Part shown: one piece after another, positions 16,165-22,906 of the stretch
Layout of the letters: each line of letters opens with the position of its first letter
Numbering within the stretch: position 1 is the first letter of the stretch
Source: Opitutales bacterium
GTDB lineage: Bacteria > Verrucomicrobiota > Verrucomicrobiia > Opitutales > JABSRG01
Assembly: GCA_049599475.1 (NCBI GenBank)
Contig: JBMYOQ010000068.1
Span: 1-22,906, forward strand
Reading direction: 5' to 3'
DNA: 22,906 bases
The notes under the pieces: model-generated
What the model saw: only the letters and a program-made list of their open reading frames with translations
Database searches by the model: none
What the model was told of the DNA's origin: nothing
Position numbers and translations under genes: made by a program

Positions 16165-16620
16165 TTAAATGCTTAATTTCAATCCTGCGTGAGAGTGCGT
16201 GAATCCCTCGGACTCGTAGAATCGGATTGCGTCGGTTCTTTTTAAGTTGGATGTGAGCTGCACAGACCGGCACCCGCGTGCCCTGGCTTGTCCGATGGCC
16301 CAGCGAATCAATTGGCCACCCAATCCCTTGCCGCGACTCGAATTATCGATACGGACGCTCTCGATCTCGCAGGTCCAGGAGCCCTGGTAGTGAAATTGTG
16401 GGATGAATACGATTTGCAGCATTCCGACAATATTTCCATCTAGCTCTGCCGCGATGAGACGGGTGTCTGGATTCTTCGAAATGCGATCTAATGCATTCAG
16501 ATAATTGGTATTTAGAGGCTTCGAGGTGTCCTCGCGCCCCTTCGCCAAAAAATCATCCTCAAGCATCTCCACCATTTTAGGCAGGTCTGCTTCTACTGCA
16601 TCGCGGAAAATTGGATTCAT
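16165..16620 (-). CDS. GNAT-family N-acetyltransferase
   Basis: IESVRI...RGKGLG (acetyl-CoA motif A), ARARGC..VQLTS...R.DA.RFYE..GF..SH.G.K. Confidence 0.92.
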   Translation of the reverse strand: MNPIFRDAVEADLPKMVEMLEDDFLAKGREDTSKPLNTNYLNALDRISKNPDTRLIAAELDGNIVGMLQIVFIPQFHYQGSWTCEIESVRIDNSSRGKGLGGQLIRWAIGQARARGCRSVQLTSNLKRTDAIRFYESEGFTHSHAGLKLSI

Positions 16621-16651
16621 CGCACGATGTCAGGAAATCGCTGATTCGTCG

Positions 16652-18049
16652 TCAAAACTTATCTGCGACACGCCCCAAGTCGAAGAAAGTGACGTAAATG
16701 ATAAAGGAGAATAAGAACATCGCGAAGGCGATTTGGACCTTTTCCATGAAGACGCGGGGGAGGGGTTTGCCGCGGAGTTTAGCGATCGTGGCAAACATCA
16801 TATGCCCGCCATCGAGTACCGGCAGGGGCATGACATTCATGATAGCCAGATTGATGTTCACGAAAACGAGCAGCCATCCCAGCGGGACCAGTCCGTATTT
16901 TACGCTCTCCTGGAAATTGTCAATGATGCCGACAGGGCCAGACATGTTGCGTACTTTCACATCTGAATCCCTGTGCAGCAGTCCCCGGAGCGTGAGATAC
17001 ATCATCTCCATTTTCTCGGCGAATTGAGTGATCGGGTTGGGGTAGATCTTATCGGATTGGGATATGAGGTTGAGCCCGAAATCGTAGTAGTAGCTACCAC
17101 TCTCGCTTTCGATTTTTTCGAAGCTGATGGGTGCATCAAATTGTTCGCCGGCTCGATTGAATGTCATCAGCGCTGTGCTATCTTCGCTCGTTTCAAGAAC
17201 AGATTGGAGCTCGTGGATACCGAAGTCGGTGATGCCATTGATGGCTACCAATTCATCACCAACTGAAAGATTATCTGGCAGTGTGTCTTCTCCTGGCTCG
17301 CCTACTTTCAGGAGCAAAATAGGAGTGACCCCAATGCGTCGCATCCCCTCCTTGGTGGCTAGGATCGGTGTGACATTGATATCGATGGACTCGTCATTTC
17401 TTAAGACGGTTAATTCCGTGAGTGGGCGGTCGTCTTCGGTGCGTTTCACTCCGGTTACGATGCGGCTACTCAGGTCTTGCCAATCGCTGATGGCTACGCC
17501 GTCGACATGCGTGATCATGTCACCTGTTTGGATGCCAGCTGCTGCTGCTGGACTCTGAGATTCTGTGCCATCCTCATCGATCACCGTGGGGACTACTGAA
17601 ATCTTAGTCTGTGCGTAGGATCGATTGACGTCTTGGCCTACAGCCCAGAGAGCCAAGGACAGGACGAAAGCGAAAATCACGTTGAAGACGGCCCCCATGA
17701 CCGAGACGATCATTTTATCCGAGTAGGAAATCTTCGGCAGCTCTTCAGAAGAATTTCCAAAGCTTTCTGAGGCCTCTTCGTCTCCTTCGAGGTTCCCCAT
17801 GTCTGCGAGTTGAGGGAGTGCTACGTAGCCGCCGAAAGGTATTGCGGACAGGCGATAATCGACGCCATTCCGAGTCCAACCGAAGAGGCGGGGGCCAAAG
17901 CCGATTGAGAAGCGAGATACTACGAGTCCGCGTTTTCGAGCCGCCAAGAAGTGGCCGAGCTCATGGACAAATACACACAGTCCGAGGCAAAAGATGCCGA
18001 TGAAAACGCGGCCAAAGGCGATGAGGGAGTCTATTACGGATTCTAGCAT
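16652..18049 (-). CDS. rseP: RIP metalloprotease RseP (site-2 protease, M50, PDZ)
   Basis: VHELGH, FSIGFGP, AIPFGGYV, SGPVGI, NLAIMNVMPLPVLDGGH. Downstream of dxr, overlapping it by 7 nt. Confidence 0.95.
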   Translation of the reverse strand: MLESVIDSLIAFGRVFIGIFCLGLCVFVHELGHFLAARKRGLVVSRFSIGFGPRLFGWTRNGVDYRLSAIPFGGYVALPQLADMGNLEGDEEASESFGNSSEELPKISYSDKMIVSVMGAVFNVIFAFVLSLALWAVGQDVNRSYAQTKISVVPTVIDEDGTESQSPAAAAGIQTGDMITHVDGVAISDWQDLSSRIVTGVKRTEDDRPLTELTVLRNDESIDINVTPILATKEGMRRIGVTPILLLKVGEPGEDTLPDNLSVGDELVAINGITDFGIHELQSVLETSEDSTALMTFNRAGEQFDAPISFEKIESESGSYYYDFGLNLISQSDKIYPNPITQFAEKMEMMYLTLRGLLHRDSDVKVRNMSGPVGIIDNFQESVKYGLVPLGWLLVFVNINLAIMNVMPLPVLDGGHMMFATIAKLRGKPLPRVFMEKVQIAFAMFLFSFIIYVTFFDLGRVADKF

Positions 18050-19239
18050 GTATGAGCAGGGGTATAGGAAGTGGCTATTTCGCGCGCGGCACGATCTGCA
18101 TTCAAGACATCATCGAGGGAAGAAGGATCCTGGGGTTTTATCGCGGCCATTGTCCTTTGAATAACGGTTGGAATTTCCAAAAATGCAATTTGTCCGGCCA
18201 CAAAGGCTTCGACGGCGACTTCATTGGCCGCATTGAAGACGGTCGGGCCGATGCCTCCTTGTCGCAGGGCATCGAAGGCGAGAGCCAGGCACGGGTATCG
18301 GTTGAAGTCCACTGGGCGGAAGTTCAGATTGAAAGCCTGCTTGAAGTCCAGGGTCGGTAAGACGCTATCCTTGCGCTGGGGATAGAGCAGGCAGTGCTGG
18401 ATCGGAAAAGTCATCGAAGGCGGGCACATTTGGGCAATAATCGAGCCGTCTTTGAAAGTGACGAGCGAATGCACGATACTCTCCGTGTGAATCGTCACCT
18501 CGATTTGATCCGCACTAAATCCGTAGAGCCAGTGAGCCTCGATGACTTCTAAACCCTTGTTCGCCATCGTCGCCGAATCTAGGGTGACCTTGGGCCCCAT
18601 GTCCCAATTGGGATGTTTCAGGGCTTCGGCTACGGTGACATCGCTGAGCTCCTCCAAGGGTCTGTCACGGAATGCGCCTCCAGAGGCTGTGAGGACCAGG
18701 CTAGCCACATCTTCCTGAGGATTATCGGTGGCAGCTAGGCATTGAAATAGGGCATTGTGCTCGCTGTCGACGGGGAGGATTTGCACATCGTTTTGGCGAG
18801 CGGCCTCCATTACGAATTTGCCGGCCATCACCAGGACCTCTTTATTCGCCAGAGCTATGGTCTTCTTTGCGCGAATGGCTGCAAGGCTGGGTTCGAGCCC
18901 CGCTGTGCCGACGAGCGCAACCAGTACCATGTCTGCTTCGGCGAGGGTCGCGAGATCGATCAATCCCGATTCGCCCATATGCAGCTCGGGGGATCCATCA
19001 CATAAGCTCGACAATTCATCTGCAGACCCCGAACTCAGACCGATATGCTTGAGGGAAAACTCTTTCTGGATTTCCGACAGTTTGGAGATTTGCGAGTTCG
19101 CGGAAGCCCCTACGAGCTGAAGGGCGTCAGGGTGTTTCCGGATCACCTCAAGGGCACTCGTTCCAATGGAACCGGTGGCTCCTAGGATGACGATTTTTCT
19201 TGGATTCTTAGCGTGAGAGTCGTTGGCAATGTCGGTCAT
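18043..19239 (-). CDS. dxr: 1-deoxy-D-xylulose-5-phosphate reductoisomerase
   Basis: ILGATGSIG, ALANKE, LPVDSEH, LTASGGAFR, HPNWDMGPKVTLDSATMANKGLEVIEA, NAANEVAV. Confidence 0.98.
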   Translation of the reverse strand: MTDIANDSHAKNPRKIVILGATGSIGTSALEVIRKHPDALQLVGASANSQISKLSEIQKEFSLKHIGLSSGSADELSSLCDGSPELHMGESGLIDLATLAEADMVLVALVGTAGLEPSLAAIRAKKTIALANKEVLVMAGKFVMEAARQNDVQILPVDSEHNALFQCLAATDNPQEDVASLVLTASGGAFRDRPLEELSDVTVAEALKHPNWDMGPKVTLDSATMANKGLEVIEAHWLYGFSADQIEVTIHTESIVHSLVTFKDGSIIAQMCPPSMTFPIQHCLLYPQRKDSVLPTLDFKQAFNLNFRPVDFNRYPCLALAFDALRQGGIGPTVFNAANEVAVEAFVAGQIAFLEIPTVIQRTMAAIKPQDPSSLDDVLNADRAAREIATSYTPAHTC

Positions 19240-19242
19240 GGA

Positions 19243-20136
19243 TCAGAGGTCCGGGAGTAAAGCAGCGAAATTCCAATCAATCACGAAATATTTGAGCAAA
19301 AGATATCCGACTGGAGCGCAAAGAATTACCGAGTCTGTGAGGTCAAAAACGCCTCCAATCCCGGGTATAATAGATCCAGAATCTTTCACGTTCGCTGAGC
19401 GCTTGAAGCTCGATTCGATGAGGTCTGAAGCGACTGAAACCATGGCGATCGGCATCGCGAGCAGCCCTGCCATCCACCAAGAAAAGTCCTTCGGCAAGTC
19501 TACATGAAACATGTCGGCGTTGTCGAAGGCACTGTTCACCACGACCAAAATTACCGAAATCAGAGCTGATACGAACACTCCGCCAATGACGCCCTCCCAG
19601 GTCTTCCCAGGAGATATGTGCGGAGCGAGTTTGTTTTTGCCATATCGTTTTCCTAAAAGAAGGCCGCCTACGTCTGTGAATTTTGCTGCCGCGACGATCC
19701 AGACACACAGGAAGATACCGGTGTTATCCGGGTATCCAGATTTTTCGACCAACTGCAGTAGGCTTACGAAGAACTGTAGCATGAACGGGACATACACGAC
19801 CCCGAAAATTGTCGGCATAAACGAGGACAGTCGTCCGGCCACCATACTCCGTGCTTGGATCACCAGGCAGAGGACCACGAATGCCAGCGCAAAAATCTCT
19901 ACGCCCGATTCCAGTGCTGGAAAGTAATAGGCTCCCAAAACGATGAACAGTCCGCAGGTGACACCCGTTTTTTTGTAAGACTGATAACCCATGCGCTCAA
20001 ACATGGTGTAGAGCTCCCACTGCGTAAGGGCGGTTGCGATTGCTGCGAGCCAAGCGACTGCCTCGGAGCTAAAGACCGCTACTGCGATCATAATGGAGAA
20101 CCAAAGTCCGAGTGTGCTGAGGATGCGTAGTTTCAC
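19243..20136 (-). CDS. cdsA: Phosphatidate cytidylyltransferase
   Basis: Multi-TM. KLAPHISPGKTWEG, SDLIESSFKR...KDSG.IIPG.GG.FD..DS. Lies between uppS and dxr. Confidence 0.95.
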   Translation of the reverse strand: MKLRILSTLGLWFSIMIAVAVFSSEAVAWLAAIATALTQWELYTMFERMGYQSYKKTGVTCGLFIVLGAYYFPALESGVEIFALAFVVLCLVIQARSMVAGRLSSFMPTIFGVVYVPFMLQFFVSLLQLVEKSGYPDNTGIFLCVWIVAAAKFTDVGGLLLGKRYGKNKLAPHISPGKTWEGVIGGVFVSALISVILVVVNSAFDNADMFHVDLPKDFSWWMAGLLAMPIAMVSVASDLIESSFKRSANVKDSGSIIPGIGGVFDLTDSVILCAPVGYLLLKYFVIDWNFAALLPDL

Positions 20137-20193
20137 AAAAAGTGGGTGGGGCGGGGATTTGCGCGGGTTGCTCGGCTCACTCGAGAGGTCTGA

Positions 20194-20937
20194 TTAACTT
20201 GCAGAAACTTGGGCGACTTGAGCACTGGTCTTGCCGAACCGTCGCTCGCGCGTCCGGTAATGCTCGATGGCCTCCATAAAGGCTTCTTCACCGAAATCGG
20301 GCCAATACACCTGGCTGAAGTAAAATTCGGAGTAGGCGCTTTGCATAAGCAAAAAGTTGCTCAGGCGATACTCTCCAGATGTCCTGATTACGAGATCAGG
20401 ATCCGGGATATTTGAAGTGTAAAGGTAGTTTTCAAAACGATCCCAGTCGAGCCCCTCGGGAGAGGCCTTACCCTCAGCCACGTCTTTGGCAAACGCTTTG
20501 GCCGCGGCAACCACTTCATTGCGCGAGCCATAATTCACTGCGAGGTTGAGCTGATGCTTCGTGAAATGGGCGGTCTCTGCCTTTACCCGGTCGATCTCAG
20601 CTTGGAGCTCCGGGCGGAGGGCTGAGACATCGCCAATGGTTTCGAAGCGGATCTCGTTTTTGAGCAATTCTTCGGACTGTGCTCTGAGGTAGTCCAGAAA
20701 CATGGACATCAAAAATTCGACTTCTGCTTCCGGTCGATTCCAGTTCTCCGAGCTGAAGGCAAAGAGGCTCAGGTGCTCGACATTACATCTCTGCGCGGCC
20801 TTCAGGACATGTTGCACGTTTTCGACTCCCTTGCGGTGGCCCTCGGTGCGGTTGAGCTGACGTTGCTGTGCCCATCGACCATTGCCGTCCATGACGATGG
20901 CTACGTGGCGTGGGTTTAACTGTGGATCAGATGTCAA
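20194..20937 (-). CDS. uppS: Undecaprenyl diphosphate synthase (isoprenyl transferase)
   Basis: TTG start. HVAIVMDGNGRWA, FAFSSENWNRP, NYGSR, PDLVIRTSGEYRLSNFLL, WPDF, RERRFG. Confidence 0.97.
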   Translation of the reverse strand: MTSDPQLNPRHVAIVMDGNGRWAQQRQLNRTEGHRKGVENVQHVLKAAQRCNVEHLSLFAFSSENWNRPEAEVEFLMSMFLDYLRAQSEELLKNEIRFETIGDVSALRPELQAEIDRVKAETAHFTKHQLNLAVNYGSRNEVVAAAKAFAKDVAEGKASPEGLDWDRFENYLYTSNIPDPDLVIRTSGEYRLSNFLLMQSAYSEFYFSQVYWPDFGEEAFMEAIEHYRTRERRFGKTSAQVAQVSAS

Positions 20938-21040
20938 AGGTGGAGGTTTCCGCGGTGAAAATGTTAAGGCGTAGAAGCTAGACCGTGTGTCGCTTTTTAC
21001 AATATCAAAGCGGATCTTTTAGCCGAACTCTTAGGCCCAT

Positions 21041-21490
21041 TTACGCGTGCTTGGCTAAATGATCCAAAGCATAGCGGTAGCCGTCGATCCCGAGGCCCGT
21101 AATCACGCCGATGCATACCGGAGCGGTATAGCTGTTTTTACGGAATTCTTCGCGTTTGTAGATATTCGAGATGTGTACTTCGATGGCGGGGAGCTCAATT
21201 CCAGCTAGGCAGTCTCTGAGTGCCACGCTGGTATGAGTAAACGCCGCTCCATTGAGGACGATCCCTTGACCGCCCCCTTGTTTGAACTGGTAGAAAAATT
21301 CGAGCAGAGCGCCCTCCGAGTTGGACTGAAAACAGGTCACCTCGAGGTCTAGCTCTTGGCCGTAGGCGATGAGCTGTTCTTCGAGTTCCTCAAGGGTGGT
21401 CTTCCCATAAATCTCAGGCTCACGCTGTCCCAACCAATTTAGATTGGGGCCGTTCACAACCGCGATTTTCTTGATACTCTCCGTCTCCAT
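21041..21490 (-). CDS. aroQ: Type II 3-dehydroquinate dehydratase
   Basis: NGPNLN.LGQREPEIYG, FQSNSEG, N..AFTHTSVALRD, EVHISNIYKREEFR. Start placed at ATG 21490. Confidence 0.96.
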   Translation of the reverse strand: METESIKKIAVVNGPNLNWLGQREPEIYGKTTLEELEEQLIAYGQELDLEVTCFQSNSEGALLEFFYQFKQGGGQGIVLNGAAFTHTSVALRDCLAGIELPAIEVHISNIYKREEFRKNSYTAPVCIGVITGLGIDGYRYALDHLAKHA

Positions 21491-21537
21491 GTTTCTGAAC
21501 ATCAGGTGTTTTGGAGAGAAAGGCAAGGAGAGTTCGG

Positions 21538-22749
21538 CTAATCCGTTTCCAACCCGACTCGATAAAAGGCCTCGCGGGCAGAAGCATTTTCATCGTCTGT
21601 GAATTCAATGGGGCCCGATTGCGAAGGAGACTGTGTCGCGATGATCTCCCATGTCTTGAGGTCTTTCGAATGTTCTAAGGTGTAAGTCCTGCCGCTCCGG
21701 GCATGCCATAGAATACTGGGAGTGTTGTTCACGCGGGCTATTTGAGGTTTGAGCTCGGGCAAAATGAAAGTCTCGTCGGCCCAGCGATTGAAATCTTGGA
21801 GCAGGGCGTCGTTTGCACCATCAGCGCCGTCGTTACCTGTTTTGAGTTCGTATTCCCAAGGCTCGAGGTAGCGTATATTTAATTCACGCGCTTGGACAAA
21901 AGCCTCGGCGTAGCCATCTGAGGTAAAACGGGAAGTCTGGTCTGAGCTGCCAATGATCTGACCATAGATATCGCCGGGGAAATGGGCTAAATATGCGAGC
22001 AAATCCGATTGGTATGCTCGGTCTCCTGATACCCACCACATCGCGGCGCCTACCCGCTTATCGAGGTCAGGATCGTTCCACAGGGCGTTTATGATGTCGT
22101 TAGGAACGTCTGCATCATTATCGATCTCGTGCACTTCAAACGCTAGGGGCTTGTCTGGAAAGGCATTGGCAAAGGCTTTAGAGATCGAGAGTGAGTTGTC
22201 TACCCAGACTTGTTCGGTGTATCCCGCTGTTCGAAAGGTAGACATGTTTACGCCTTGAAGATGCCCTTCGACGCCATTCGAAGTCATTTGCGGAATATAG
22301 ACCAGGGCGAGTTTTGTGTTACTAGTGTATCGATTTCCAAGAACTGTTGCTAGATTTTCCAGCCTATCCTGGACAACGGAATCCCAGAGTAGGGGTAGCC
22401 GGTAGTTAGGATCTCCGCGGAAGGAAAAATTAACAAACTCTGCTTGAAAGCTCCCGTCATCCATCAGCCAATCGGGTGCGCCGACTCCGCCCGCGACCAC
22501 CGCCAAGGACCACGGAAGGCCCTCCGCTTCGACCGCAGCTACCTGAATATCGATCATGTCGAAGTCGAAGACATCAGGAGCTGTTTCTATGCGAAACCAC
22601 GGGGCCCGTATCAAAACGCCCCTCAAAGATTCATGTTCATAGATCTCGGGATCTGTCGAGCCCGCGCTAGAGAAGATGCCCACGGGCTTTTCAACGGCAG
22701 TGAGGGTGCAAATTGTGAAGATGAATAGCAACAGAACGCGGGAGGGCAT
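21538..22749 (-). CDS. Secreted glycoside-hydrolase-like (clan GH-A/GH42-like TIM barrel) protein with a Verrucomicrobia-type C-terminal module
   Basis: Signal peptide. W..IE..P.VFDF..ID, G..APDWL, P..WD......L...L..RY resemble beta-galactosidase-like barrels. The C-terminus reads ILW.ARSGRTYTLEHSKDLKTWE...FTD......AFYRV. The family assignment is tentative. Confidence 0.6.
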   Translation of the reverse strand: MPSRVLLLFIFTICTLTAVEKPVGIFSSAGSTDPEIYEHESLRGVLIRAPWFRIETAPDVFDFDMIDIQVAAVEAEGLPWSLAVVAGGVGAPDWLMDDGSFQAEFVNFSFRGDPNYRLPLLWDSVVQDRLENLATVLGNRYTSNTKLALVYIPQMTSNGVEGHLQGVNMSTFRTAGYTEQVWVDNSLSISKAFANAFPDKPLAFEVHEIDNDADVPNDIINALWNDPDLDKRVGAAMWWVSGDRAYQSDLLAYLAHFPGDIYGQIIGSSDQTSRFTSDGYAEAFVQARELNIRYLEPWEYELKTGNDGADGANDALLQDFNRWADETFILPELKPQIARVNNTPSILWHARSGRTYTLEHSKDLKTWEIIATQSPSQSGPIEFTDDENASAREAFYRVGLETD

Positions 22750-22856
22750 TTTATGAGAGGGGTTTTGAAACGTTTAAACACATCAAAGCGTTCCTAATCA
22801 AATGAAGAAACATTACAGTTTTGTCATAAAGCAGTATGACGGGGATAGGAGATCTA

Positions 22857-22906
22857 ATACCAGTTCGAATAATTATTGAGCTTTATGGTTATATGGTTTT
22901 GTCTAC
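22857..22906. repeat. Right copy of the 50-bp perfect inverted repeat (runs off the window end)
   Basis: ATACCAGTTCGAATAATTATTGAGCTTTATGGTTATATGGTTTTGTCTAC is the reverse complement of 3-52. Confidence 0.9.

Noticed and set aside
1..22906. Whole window as a transposon, prophage or linear plasmid with terminal inverted repeats
   Set aside because: The interior is ordinary chromosomal content including essential genes, with no transposase, integrase, replication or phage genes. A contig broken at repeats is more parsimonious.

Overview
A 22.9-kb bacterial chromosomal segment, most likely from a Verrucomicrobiota (Opitutales-like) genome. This is inferred from a large PilX-like 'Verru_Chthon'-type protein, a Verrucomicrobia-style C-terminal 'Y..E.S.DL..W...FYRV' module and a shortened GltX. 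The right two-thirds is mostly housekeeping: gltX, a cNMP-domain histidine kinase, a 2-Cys peroxiredoxin, degP/htrA, a GNAT, rseP-dxr-cdsA-uppS, aroQ, a secreted glycoside-hydrolase-like protein and two tandem paralogous secreted proteins of unknown function. The most interesting part is a co-oriented minus-strand cluster at 2846-8492: an NsrR-type Rrf2 regulator, a DUF3365/Tll0287-like monoheme lipoprotein, a cytochrome c5 lipoprotein, a single-domain globin, a NirB-like FAD/NAD(P)H-[2Fe-2S] protein whose siroheme half is replaced by a probable diheme-b membrane domain, and an 11-heme c-type cytochrome with no NrfA CxxCK site. NsrR-like operators are visible upstream of both the regulator and the operon, and the second overlaps an exactly spaced sigma-54 -24/-12 motif. 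The cluster looks like an NO/nitrite-responsive trans-membrane electron conduit that I cannot match to a characterised system. The two ends of the window are a perfect 50-bp inverted repeat, probably the ends of a multicopy IS, and the left copy supplies the stop codon of the PilX-like gene.
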